Position numbers and translations under genes: made by a program. Source: the human T2T-CHM13v2.0 reference genome, Homo sapiens. Taken from it: a stretch of 64,000 nucleotides of DNA. The DNA lies in the NCBI RefSeq assembly GCF_009914755.1, contig NC_060947.1. One strand, 5' to 3'. Positions 48,881 to 64,000 of the stretch are shown piece after piece; position 1 is the stretch's first letter; each line of letters opens with the position of its first letter. The notes under the pieces were generated by a model. It saw nothing but the letters and a program-made list of their open reading frames with translations, was not told where the DNA came from and searched no databases.

Positions 48881-49919
48881 AAGAAAGAAAAGGAACGAAG
48901 GAAGGAAGGAAAGAAGGAAGGAAGGAAAGAGGAAGGAAGGAAGGAAGAGACAAAAATAAACCAAAATAGGGAATGTCCACCTTGGAGGCTGATGTTCACG
49001 TCCACAGGTGCTGCCTCCCCAGACACTTACTCAACTCTGAAGCCTTCACCGGTAAGACAGCAGGGGTGGGGGGACGGCGGAGTCTTTGATCAGAAGAGGG
49101 CTCAACAGGCAAGGGGACCTGGTCCTTGCAAAAAACTCGGACTGCAGTACGGGCCGTGGGATCGGCCTCGTGTGTGGCCTGCACCCTTTTCCCCGTCAGG
49201 GAAGGACTGTTTGTTTGTTTTCTGCATCATCATCCATCACGCGGCATTGTCAGCCCTGACAGCTCAGGAGGGCCTTTTTCAACATCTCTTTATCTGACAG
49301 CGTTCATGCATCATAAGACAGCAAACAGAATTAGATCAAAGTCTACGAGGCCGTGTCGGCTCGGTGAGGAAGGCGAGCCAGCTTGTATCTTCATAAGAGA
49401 GGTGACAGTTGGTTTGAACTGGCGTTGGGCCGCAGAGGGCTGGGGAGTGCAGAGAGGACTGGGGACGAGGGCTGGGATTCTTGGCTTTCCAGGAGGAACA
49501 GCCCTGCTCCCTTCTGTCCACTTGCCACCTTCCTGGGTCTCTTTCCCCAGTAGGTGTGGTTCCTTCTGTCCTGCAGGCCACAGTGCAACCCAGGGCTTCG
49601 GAGCACGCGTTGATAGTCCTGATTTTTGTCTGACATCTTTGCAGAAAACGGAGAGCATCCCCTCAGGCAATGGGATACTGTCCCTCTGGCGCCGACCACA
49701 CTCTGCGACTTGTCATGATGGGTAACAGGTGTGTCTGCAGCTTGACCTTGCAGCTGGGGCAGCCGCAGAGAGGTGCAGGAAGGAGAGCGATGGGAGAGAA
49801 AACGAAGGTGTGCTCAGTGGCGGAGAGAAATTCCAAAATTTCACTGGAGCAAGTTTAGCCCAGCTGGCTGCTGGAGAAACGCTTCTCCTGGATACTGTGG
49901 AGACTATATGGAGAATGAA

Positions 49920-52900
49920 TTCCTTCCTTCCTCCCTCCCTCCCTCTTTCTTTCTTTCTTTCCTTCTTTCTTCCTTTCTTTCTTTCCTTCTTCTTTTTCTT
50001 TCTTCTTTCTTTCTTTCTTATCTCTCTCCTTCCTTATTCCTTTTCTTCCTTCCCTTCCCTCCCTTCCCTTTCCTTCTTTCCTTCCTTCCCTTCCTTCCTT
50101 CCTCTTTCCTTTCTTTCTCTTTTTCTTTCTTCTCTCTCTCTTTCCTTCCTTATTCCTCATCTTCCTTCCTCTTTCCTTTCTTTCTCTTTTTCTTTCTTCT
50201 CTCTCTTTCCTTCCTTATTCCTCATCTTCCTTCCTCTTTCCTTTCTTTCTCTTTTTCTTTCTTCTCTCTCTCTTTCCTTCCTTATTCCTCATCTTCCTTC
50301 CTCTTTCCTTTCTTTCTCTTTTTCTTTCTTCTCTCTCTTTCCTTCCTTATTCCTCATCTTCCTTCCTCTTTCCTTTCTTTCTCTTTTTCTTTCTTCTCTC
50401 TCTTTCCTTCCTTATTCCTCATCTTCCTTCCTCTTTCCTTTCTTTCTCTTTTTCTTTCTTCTCTCTCTTTCCTTCCTTATTCCTCATCTTCCTTCCTCTT
50501 TCCTTTCTTTCTCTTTTTCTTTCTTCTCTCTCTCTTTCCTTCCTTATTCCTCATCTTCCTTCCTCTTTCCTTTCTTTCTCTTTTTCTTTCTTCTCTCTCT
50601 CTGTCCTTCCTTATTCCTCATCTTCCTTCCTCTTTCCTTCCTTTCTCTTTTTCTTTCTTCTCTCTCTTTCCTTCCTTATTCCTCATCTTCCTTCCTCTTT
50701 CCTTTCTTTCTCTTTTTCTTTCTTCTCTCTCTCTTTCCTTCCTTATTCCTCATCTTCCTTCCTCTTTCCTTCCTTTCTCTTTTTCTTTCTTCTCTCTCTT
50801 TCCTTCCTTATTCCTCATCTTCCTTCCTCTTTCCTTTCTTTCTCTTTTTCTTTCTTCTCTCTCTTTCCTTCCTTATTCCTCATCTTCCTTCCTCTTTCCT
50901 TTCTTTCTCTTTTTCTTTCTTCTCTCTCTCTTTCCTTCCTTATTCCTCATCTTCCTTCCTCTTTCCTTCCTTTCTCTTTTTCTTTCTTCTCTCTCTTTCC
51001 TTCCTTATTCCTCATCTTCCTTCCTCTTTCCTTCTTTCTCTTTTTCTTTCTTCTCTCTCTCTTTCCTTCCTTATTCCTCATCTTCCTTCCTCTTTCCTTT
51101 CTTTCTCTTTTTCTTTCTTCTCTCTCTCTCTCCTTCCTTATTCCTCATCTTCCTTCCTCTTTCCTTCCTTTCTCTTTTTCTTTCTTCTCTCTCTCTTTCC
51201 TTCCTTATTCCTCATCTTCCTTCCTCTTTCCTTTCTTTCTCTTTTTCTTTCTTCTCTCTCTTTCCTTCCTTATTCCTCATCTTCCTTCCTCTTTCCTTCC
51301 TTTCTCTTTTTCTTTCTTCTCTCTCTTTCCTTCCTTATTCCTCATCTTCCTTCCTCTTTCCTTTCTTTCTCTTTTTCTTTCTTCTCTCTCTCTTTCCTTC
51401 CTTATTCCTCATCTTCCTTCCTCTTTCCTTCCTTTCTCTTTTTCTTTCTTCTCTCTCTCTTTCCTTCCTTATTCCTCATCTTCCTTCCTCTTTCCTTTCT
51501 TTCTCTTTTTCTTTCTTCTCTCTCTTTCCTTCCTTATTCCTCATCTTCCTTCCTCTTTCCTTTCTTTCTCTTTTTCTTTCTTCTCTCTCTCTTTCCTTCC
51601 TTATTCCTCATCTTCCTTCCTCTTTCCTTCCTTTCTCTTTTCTTTCTTCTCTCTCTCTTTCTTCCTTATTCCTCATCTTCCTTCCTCTTTCCTTTCTTTC
51701 TCTTTTTCTTTCTTCTCTCTCTTTCCTTCCTTATTCCTCATCTTCCTTCCTCTTTCCTTTCTTTCTCTTTTTCTTTCTTCTCTCTCTTTCCTTCCTTATT
51801 CCTCATCTTCCTTCCTCTTTCCTTTCTTTCCTCTTTTTCTTTCTTCTCTCTCTTTCCTTCCTTATTCCTCATCTTCCTTCCTCTTTCCTTTCTTTCTCTT
51901 TTTCTTTCTTCTCTCTCTTTCCTTCCTTATTCCTCATCTTCCTTCCTCTTTCCTTTCTTCTCTTTTTCTTTCTTCTCTCTCTTTCCTTCCTTATTCCTCA
52001 TCTTCCTTCCTCTTTCCTTTCTTTCTCTTTTTCTTTCTTCTCTCTCTCTTTCCTTCCTTATTCCTCATCTTCCTTCCTCTTTCCTTTCTTTCTCTTTTTC
52101 TTTCTTCTCTCTCTCTGTCCTTCCTTATTCCTCATCTTCCTTCCTCTTTCCTTCCTTTCTCTTTTTCTTTCTTCTCTCTCTTTCCTTCCTTATTCCTCAT
52201 CTTCCTTCCTCTTTCCTTTCTTTCTCTTTTTCTTTCTTCTCTCTCTCTTTCCTTCCTTATTCCTCATCTTCCTTCCTCTTTCCTTCCTTTCTCTTTTTCT
52301 TTCTTCTCTCTCTCTTTCCTTCCTTATTCCTCATCTTCCTTCCTCTTTCCTTTCTTTCTCTTTTTCTTTCTTCTCTCTCTCTGTCCTTCCTTATTCCTCA
52401 TCTTCCTTCCTCTTTCCTTTCTTTCTCTTTTTCTTTCTTCTCTCTCTTTCCTTCCTTATTCCTCATCTTCCTTCCTCTTTCCTTCCTTTCTCTTTTTCTT
52501 TCTTCTCTCTCTCTTTCCTTCCTTCCCTTCCTTCCTTTCTCTTTCCTTTCTTTCTCTTTTCTTTCTTCTCTCTCTCTTTCCTTCCTTATTCCTCATCTTC
52601 CTTCCTCTTTCCTTCCTTTCTCTTTTTCTTTCTTCTCTCTCTCTTTCCTTCCTTATTCCTCATCTTCCTTCCTCTTTCCTTCCTTTCTCTTTTTCTTTCT
52701 TCTCTCTCTTTCCTTCCTTATTCCTCATCTTCCTTCCTCTTTCCTTTCTTTCTCTTTTTCTTTCTTCTCTCTCTTTCCTTCCTTATTCCTCATCTTCCTT
52801 CCTCTTTCCTTTCTTTCTCTTTTTCTTTCTTCTCTCTCTCTTTCCTTCCTTATTCCTCATCTTCCTTCCTCTTTCCTTCCTTTCTCTTTTTCTTTCTTCT

Positions 52901-55801
52901 CTCTCTCTTTCCTTCCTTATTCCTCATCTTCCTTCCTCTTTCCTTCCTTTCTCTTTTTCTTTCTTCTCTCTCTCTTTCCTTCCTTATTCCTCATCTTCCT
53001 TCCTCTTTCCTTCCTTTCTCTTTTTCTTTCTTCTCTCTCTTTCCTTCCTTATTCCTCATCTTCCTTCCTCTTTCCTTTCTTTCTCTTTTTCTTTCTTCTC
53101 TCTCTCTTTCCTTCCTTATTCCTCATCTTCCTTCCTCTTTCCTTTCTTTCTCTTTTTCTTTCTTCTCTCTCTCTTTCCTTCCTTATTCCTCATCTTCCTT
53201 CCTTTCTCTTTCCTTTCTTTCTCTTTTTCTTTCTTCTCTCTCTCTTTCCTTCCTTATTCCTCATCTTCCTTCCTTCCTCTTTCCTTCCTTTCTCTTTTTC
53301 TTTCTTCTCTCTCTCTTTCCTTCCTTATTCCTCATCTTCCTTCCTCTTTCCTTTCTTTCTCTTTTTCTTTCTTCTCTCTCTCTTTCCTTCCTTATTCCTC
53401 ATCTTCCTCCTCTTTCCTTTCTTTCTCTTTTTCTTTCTTCTCTCTCTCTTTCCTTCCTTATTCCTCATCTTCCTTCCTCTTTCCTTTCTTTCTCTTTTTC
53501 TTTCTTCTCTCTCTTTCCTTCCTTATTCCTCATCTTCCTTCCTCTTTCCTTTCTTTCTCTTTTTCTTTCTTCTCTCTCTTTCCTTCCTTATTCCTCATCT
53601 TCCTTCCTCTTTCCTTTCTTTCTCTTTTTCTTTCTTCTCTCTCTCTTTCCTTCCTTATTCCTCATCTTCCTTCCTCTTTCCTTTCTTTCTCTTTTTCTTT
53701 CTTCTCTCTCTCTGTCCTTCCTTATTCCTCATCTTCCTTCCTCTTTCCTTCCTTTCTCTTTTTCTTTCTTCTCTCTCTTTCCTTCCTTATTCCTCATCTT
53801 CCTTCCTCTTCCTTTCTTTCTCTTTTTCTTTCTTCTCTCTCTCTTTCCTTCCTTATCCTCATCTTCCTTCCTCTTTCCTTCCTTTCTCTTTTCTTTCTTC
53901 TCTCTCTCTTCCTTCCTTATTCCTCATCTTCCTTCCTCTTTCCTTTCTTTCTCTTTTTCTTTCTTCTCTCTCTCTGTCCTTCCTTATTCCTCATCTTCCT
54001 TCCTCTTTCCTTTCTTTCTCTTTTTCTTTCTTCTCTCTCTTTCCTTCCTTATTCCTCATCTTCCTTCCTCTTTCCTTCCTTCTCTTTTTCTTTCTTCTCT
54101 CTCTCTTTCCTTCCTTCCCTTCCTTCCTTTCTCTTTCCTTTCTTCTCTTTTTCTTTCTTCTCTCTCTCTTTCCTTCCTTATTCCTCATCTTCCTTCCTCT
54201 TTCCTTCCTTTCTCTTTTTCTTTCTTCTCTCTCTCTTCCTTCCTTATTCCTCATCTTCCTTCCTCTTTCCTTCCTTTCTCTTTTTCTTTCTTCTCTCTCT
54301 TTCCTTCCTTATTCCTCATCTTCCTTCCTCTTTCCTTTCTTTCTCTTTTTCTTTCTTCTCTCTCTTTCCTTCCTTATTCCTCATCTTCCTTCCTCTTTCC
54401 TTTCTTTCTCTTTTTCTTTCTTCTCTCTCTCTTTCCTTCCTTATTCCTCATCTTCCTTCCTCTTTCCTTCCTTTCTCTTTTTCTTTCTTCTCTCTCTCTT
54501 TCCTTCCTTATTCCTCATCTTCCTTCCTCTTTCCTTCCTTTCTCTTTTTCTTTCTTCTCTCTCTCTTTCCTTCCTTATTCCTCATCTTCCTTCCTCTTTC
54601 CTTCCTTTCTCTTTTTCTTTCTTCTCTCTCTTTCCTTCCTTATTCCTCATCTTCCTTCCTCTTTCCTTTCTTTCTCTTTTTCTTTCTTCTCTCTCTCTTT
54701 CCTTCCTTATTCCTCATCTTCCTTCCTCTTTCCTTTCTTTCTCTTTTTCTTTCTTCTCTCTCTCTTTCCTTCCTTATTCCTCATCTTCCTTCCTTTCTCT
54801 TTCCTTTCTTTCTCTTTTTCTTTCTTCTCTCTCTCTTTCCTTCCTTATTCCTCATCTTCCTTCCTTCCTCTTTCCTTCCTTTCTCTTTTTCTTTCTTCTC
54901 TCTCTCTTTCCTTCCTTATTCCTCATCTTCCTTCCTCTTTCCTTTCTTTCTCTTTTTCTTTCTTCTCTCTCTCTTTCCTTCCTTATTCCTCATCTTCCTT
55001 CCTCTTTCCTTTCTTTCTCTTTTTCTTTCTTCTCTCTCTCTTTCCTTCCTTATTCCTCATCTTCCTTCCTCTTTCCTTTCTTTCTCTTTTTCTTTCTTCT
55101 CTCTCTCTTTCCTTCCTTATTCCTCATCTTCCTTCCTCTTTCCTTTCTTTCTCTTTTTCTTTCTTCTCTCTCTCTTTCCTTCCTTATTCCTCATCTTCCT
55201 TCCTCTTTCCTTTCTTTCTCTTTTTCTTTCTTCTCTCTCTCTTTCCTTCCTTATTCCTCATCTTCCTTCCTCTTTCCTTCCTTTCTCTTTTTCTTTCTTC
55301 TCTCTCTCTTTCCTTCCTTATTCCTCATCTTCCTTCCTCTTTCCTTCCTTTCTCTTTTTCTTTCTTCTCTCTCTCTTTCCTTCCTTATTCCTCATCTTCC
55401 TTCCTCTTTCCTTTCTTTCTCTTTTTCTTTCTTCTCTCTCTCTTTCCTTCCTTATTCCTCATCTTCCTTCCTCTTTCCTTCCTTTCTCTTTTTCTTTCTT
55501 CTCTCTCTCTTTCCTTCCTTATTCCTCATCTTCCTTCCTCTTTCCTTCCTTTCTCTTTTTCTTTCTTCTCTCTCTCTTTCCTTCCTTATTCCTCATCTTC
55601 CTTCCTCTTTCCTTCCTTTCTCTTTTTCTTTCTTCTCTCTCTCTTTCCTTCCTTATTCCTCATCTTCCTTCCTCTTTCCTTCCTTTCTCTTTTTCTTTCT
55701 TCTCTCTCTTTCCTTCCTTATTCCTTTTCTTCCTTCCCTCCCTCCCTCCATCCTTCCTTCCTTTTTCTCTTCTTTCCTTCTCTTCTTTCTTCTTTCTTTC
55801 T

Positions 55802-55837
<36 letters not shown>

Positions 55838-56074
55838 TCCTTTCTCTCTTCCTCCCTCCCTCCCTCCCTTCCTTCCCTTCCTTCCTTCCCTCTTCCTTCC
55901 CTTCCCTCCCTTCCCTTTCCTTCTTTCCTTCTTTCTCTTCCTTCCCTTCCCTTTCCTTCCCCTTCCTTCCTTCTTTCGTTCCTTCATTTCTTCCTTCCTT
56001 CTTTCCCTCCCTCCCTTCCTTCCTTCTTTCCTTCCTTCCCTCTGTCTCTGTCCTTTCTTCTCTCTCTTTCTCTG

Positions 56075-56075
<1 letters not shown>
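49920..56075 (+). repeat. 6.1-kb polypyrimidine region with a 65/67-bp VNTR core (~85 units, ~50095-55725)
   Basis: Unit CTTCCTTCCTCTTTCCTT(T/C)CTTTCTCTTTTTCTTTCTT(CT)nTTCCTTCCTTATTCCTCAT; only two purines per unit. Confidence 0.98.
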
Positions 56076-56781
<706 letters not shown>

Positions 56782-56852
56782 TCCTAAATATTTGTAAGTG
56801 CCAGGTGTTTAATGAAAGCGTAATGGGTAGAGAAGCCATCTCATGTGTATAT

Positions 56853-57241
56853 TGTCACACGTGTCCGTGTGAAGAGACCACGAAACAGACTTCATGTGAG
56901 CAATAAAACTTTTTAATCACCTGGGTGCAGGCGGGCTGAGTCCGAAAAGAGAGTCACTGAAGGGAGATACGGGCGGGGCCGTTTTATAGGATTTGGGTAC
57001 ATAGTGGAAAATTACAATCAAAGGGGGTTGTTCTCTGGCTGGCAGGGGGCAGGTGACACAAGGTGCTCATTGAGCCAGGATGAGCCAGGAGAGGGAATTT
57101 CACAAGGTAAAGTCATCGCTTAAGGCAGGAACAAGCCATTTTCACTTCTTTCGTGATTTTTCGGTTACTTCAGGCCATCTGGATGTATATGTGCAGGTCA
57201 CAGGGCATATGATGGCTTCGCTTGGGCTCAGAGGCCTGACA
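56853..57241 (-). mobile_element. Solo HERV-H LTR (LTR7 family), complete, with 5-bp TSD TATAT
   Basis: Minus strand TGTCAGGCCTCTGAGCCCAAGCGAAGCCATCATATGCCCTGTGACCTGCAC..TCCTATAAAACGGCCCCGCCC..ATTAAAAAG..GTGTGACA; TATAT at 56848-56852 and 57242-57246. Confidence 0.93.
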
Positions 57242-57246
57242 TATAT

Positions 57247-58582
57247 GTGTGTGAATGTACATGTATGTGTGCAGGCATGCGCCTATATGTGTCTGTAGGT
57301 GTACGTATGTATGTGTATATATGTGTGAATATGCATGTATGTGTATAGGCCTATGCGTGTATATATGTGTGCACATGTATGTATTTGTGTGTGCATGTGT
57401 ATATGTCTGTATGTATGTGTATATGTGTGCATGTATGTGTATATGTGTGTATGTATGTGTATGCATTTATAACGTGTGTATGTATATGTGTTTCTGCATA
57501 TATTTGTTATGCATGCATATCTGTGTATGTATATGTGTGCATGTGTGTATAATGTGTGTATATGTGTGTATGTGTGTATATATGTATGTATGTGTTATAA
57601 CGTTGTATGTATATGCATATGTTATGTGTGCATATCTGTGTGTATGTATATATGTGTGTGCATTGTGTAAATATGTGTGTGTGCATGTGTGTATAGTGTG
57701 TGTGTTTGCATGTATACCAAGATAACTTTCAGCAGTCCTTATGCATGTTATGTGTGCATATGTGTGTATGTGTATGTGTGTGCATATCTGTGTGTATGTA
57801 TATGTGTATGCATGTGTGTATATGTGTGTGCATGTGTGTATAGTGTGTGTGCACGTATGTGTATATGTGTGTGTGTGCATGTGTGTATAGTGTGTGTGTA
57901 TACCGAGATAGCTTTCAGCAGTCCTTATGCATATGTCATGTGTGCATATCCGTGTGTATGTATGTGTGTGCACGTATGTGTATATGTGTGTGTGTGCATG
58001 TGTGTATAGTGTGTGTGTATACCGAGATAACTTTCAGCAGTCCTTATGCATGTTATGTGTGCATATCTGTGTGTATGTATGTGTGTGTGCATGTGTGTAT
58101 ATATGTGTGTGTACGTGTGTATATGTGTGTGTGCATGTGTGTATGTGTATGTGTGTGCACGTGTGTATATGTGTGTGCATGTGTGTATGTGTATGTGTGT
58201 GCACGTGTGTATATGTGTGTGCATGTGTGTATATATGTGTGTGTGTGCGTGTATACTGAGATAACTTTCAGCAGTCCTTATGCATATGTCATGTGTGCAT
58301 ATGTATGTATATGTGTGTGCATATTTGTGTGTATGTATATAAGTGTGTGCATTGTGTGCAATGTGTGTGTGCACGTGTGTATATGTGTGTGTGCATGTGT
58401 GTATATATATGTGTGTGTGTTTGCATGTATACCGAGATAATTTTCAGCAGTCCTTATGCATATGTCATGTGTGCATATCTGTGGGTATGTATATGTGTGT
58501 GCACGTGTGTGCAATGTGTGTGTGCATGTGTGTTAGTGGGTGTGTGTGCGCATGTATACGGAGATAACTTTCAGCAGTCCTT
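57247..58582 (+). repeat. (TG/TA)n tract with six embedded copies of a ~30-35-bp unique motif
   Basis: GTATACCGAGATAACTTTCAGCAGTCCTT at ~57712, 57898, 58017, 58251, 58427, 58554. Confidence 0.93.
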
Positions 58583-59404
58583 TGCCTTCTAGTGGCATTC
58601 TCACGTTTAATTTTATTCCCTCCTTTTTTAAGCTGTCTGACTCCTCTTACTTTTGCCCGCGCCTTCGGTTTTGCTGGCGTGAGCCTCCCCCGGGTGTGAG
58701 TATTGCCTCTCCGTCAGGACCTGGCTGAGGCTCTCCCATGGATCTTGTAGCAGCAAAGTGTCGTCACTGTGAGAGGCAGGACTTTTAAAAGCCCTCCAAG
58801 ATGACCATCCTCCAGTGGCCACTTTTTGATTTCTTTAAGAGGCATTTTGATTCCACAGTCTCTCGTGATGCTGCATTCCTTTTCCACTGGCATTTACAGC
58901 TGGAATCACGGGCAGTTTCCCTCCCGGGGTGAAAAGGCGGCCGTGAGTGTGGCTCTGCAGGGAGCCCTGGAGACTGGGTTTCTGCCCCCAGGCCTCTGCC
59001 CAGGTGTGTAACACAGCGAGGGGCACCCAGGCTGTTTGCATAGCAATTGGGGTGTGATTTGCAATTTAATAACAGTCCTGAGGGCTTCAGGACCAACAGC
59101 TCAATGGGACCAGCTGCTCTCAGCTCCTCTGAGGGCAAGAAATGAAAATTAAATTAAATTTAGAACAGAGTCATGACATAAATGACAGTGGGGAAGATGG
59201 GGGTTGTGTACCAGGCAAGCGTTCTTGGACGAGACACCGGGGTAGGGCTGACGCAGGTGAGACCCCCTCTGGCCCCCCACCCCACTGTCCCCCACTTGTA
59301 CAAGTGCCTGGTGGACCTGGGACTAGCAGGAATGTGTCCCCAGCATGCTTTTGGTGTCAGTGTTTGCCCTTAACTTGTCTGAGTATCAGAATTATCTCTG
59401 ATTC

Positions 59405-62170
<2,766 letters not shown>

Positions 62171-62394
62171 TGAAAATAAGTCTTCTTTCATAATACAGTA
62201 TTATTTTCACACATCAGAAGATTTTTTTTCCTCTAAGAGACAGAGTCTTGCTCTGCAGCCTCAACTTCCCGGGTTCAAGCGATCCACCTCAACCTCCCGA
62301 GTAGCTGGGACTACACGCATGCACCAGCATGCCCAGGTAATTTTTAAACTTTTTGTAGAGATAGGGTCTTGCTATGCTGTCCAGGTTGGTCTTG

Positions 62395-62781
62395 AAGAAA
62401 GAAAGAAGGAAGGAAAGAAAGAAAGAGAGAGAAAGGAAAGAAAGAGAAAGAGAGAGAGGAAAGAGAAAGAAAGAAAGAAAGAAAAGAGAGAGAGGAAAGA
62501 AAGAAACAGAAAGGGGAAAGAGAAAGAAAGAAGAAAGAAAGAAAGGAAGGAAGAAGAAAAAAGAAAGAAAAGAGAGAGGAAAGAAAGAAACAAAAAGAGA
62601 GAGGAAAGAGAAAGAAAGAAAGAAAGAGAAAGAAAGAAACAAAAAGAAAGAAAGAAAAGAAAGAAAGAAAGAAAAGAAAGAAAGAAAGAGAAAGGAAGGA
62701 AGAAGAAAAAAGAAAGAAAAGAGAGAGAGGAAAGAAAGAAACAAAAAGAGAGAGGAAAGAGAAAGAAAGAAAGAAAGAAAG

Positions 62782-62839
<58 letters not shown>

Positions 62840-62855
62840 GAAGAAAGAAAGAAAG
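62395..62855 (+). repeat. (GAAA)n complex tract truncating an AluJ fragment (62235-62395)
   Basis: Pure purine tract with rare C. Confidence 0.93.
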
Positions 62856-62924
62856 ATCCCAAGCTGGCAAGCGGCAAGACACTCCCAGACTGTGCCAGGA
62901 TAAGAGAGAAAGAGTCTTTGTGTT

Positions 62925-64000
62925 TTATTTTTGGAGACAAAGTGGAGTGCAGTGGTGCGATCTCAGCTCACCTCCGCCTCCCGGGTTCACGTCATTCTCC
63001 TGCCTCGGCCTCCCGAGTAGCTGGGATAACAGGTGCCCACCACCACGCCTGGCTCTTTTTGTATTTTTAGTAGACAAGGGGTTTCACCATGTTGGCCAGG
63101 CTGGTCTCGAACTCCTGACCTGAAGAGATCTGCTTGCTTTGGCCTCCCGAAGTGTTGGGATTACGAGTGTGAGCCACGGCTCCTGGCTTTTTTTTTTTTT
63201 TTTTAATAGATACAGGGTCTTCCTCTGTTGCCCAGGCTGGAGTGCCATAGTCCAGTCATAGGTCACTGCAGCCTCAAACTCTTGGGCTTAAGCTATCCTT
63301 TCAGCTCAGCCTCCTGAGTAGCTGGAAATACAGGTGCGTGTGCCACCACACTTGAATAATTTTCATTTTAATTTTTGTAGACACAGGGTCATGGTATGTT
63401 GCCCAGGCTGGTCTTGAACTCCTAGCCTCAAGCAATCCTCCCACGGCGGCCTCCCAGAGTGATGGGATTACAGGTGTGAGCCACCGTGCCTGGTCTTGTC
63501 CTAGACTTTTAGCTTGTTCTCCCTCTTCCCGGCTCCCCTCATCCCAGGTTACAGGCTTATATCAAAGCGTCCAACTGTTGGCAAAACATCAATTTGCATT
63601 TTTCAGACATCCAGGGCCAACGTGCTGCACCTGCCTTCTATTCCCAGACAGGAACTCGGAACATAGGTGGCTGTTTACATATTTGACCGTGCGAGAGGCA
63701 GGTACCTGGAAACGTCCGTAGGTGGAGGATAAGGGGAGACATTCTGCTTCCTGAATGTCATGGATGGGAAGACACACATCCCAGCCCCTGTGGGGGAGGC
63801 TCAGAGTGTCCCTCAACAAACAGGGTCAATTTGTGAGGAAAGAGGGCCGTTGAAAGCTCTGTGATTGGCCGGGCACGGTGGCTCAGGCCCGTCATCACAG
63901 CACTTTGGGAGGCCGAGACGGGTGGATTGCCTGAGGTCAGGAGTTCGAGACCAGCCTGGCCAGCATAGTGAAACCCCGTCTCTACTAAAAATGCAAAAAA
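62925..64000. mobile_element. Alus at 62925-63187 (-), 63188-63494 (-, J-like) and 63868-64000 (+, cut by window edge)
   Basis: Standard Alu motifs. Confidence 0.92.

Noticed and set aside
49126-49725. 199-aa ORF in unique GC-rich DNA
   Set aside because: No recognisable homology; overlapping ORFs of similar size on both strands are expected at this GC content.
57700-58582. CRISPR-like repeat-spacer pattern
   Set aside because: Primate DNA; spacers are TG microsatellite of 90-200 bp; no cas genes.

Overview
Primate, almost certainly human, non-coding genomic DNA with no supportable intact protein-coding gene. Every long ORF in the track is read through a tandem repeat, a purine/pyrimidine tract, an Alu or an L1. 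The only gene-derived element is a decayed processed pseudogene of FABP5 on the minus strand (CDS remnant 46577-46916). Its 3'UTR is split by two Alus and its poly(A) tail appears to have expanded into a (GAAA)n tract. The pseudogene, the very high minisatellite density and the AT-to-GC skew in interspersed repeats fit the X/Y pseudoautosomal region 1 gene desert upstream of SHOX (FABP5P13 neighbourhood). That placement is recalled and inferred, not searched. Contents: about 40 Alu copies or fragments; three L1PA 3' ends; older L1M and MIR fragments; LTRs resembling LTR6, MER41, MER34, MLT1A and MER4A; an intact solo LTR7 with a 5-bp TSD; and large tandem arrays with units of 40, 21, ~105, 48 (two arrays), 44, ~66 bp and an Alu-derived ~145-180 bp unit. 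Highlights: (1) a 1.3-kb TCF/homeodomain-motif-rich CpG-rich island bracketed by two same-orientation copies of one 48-bp minisatellite; (2) a ~100-copy 44-bp VNTR with a binary variant code and one G-quadruplex motif per unit; (3) a minisatellite built from an Alu half plus its own STR; (4) a recurrent TpA-removing substitution shared by unrelated Alus and L1s; (5) several fold-back or templated-insertion scars. I found no new coding system and no CRISPR array.
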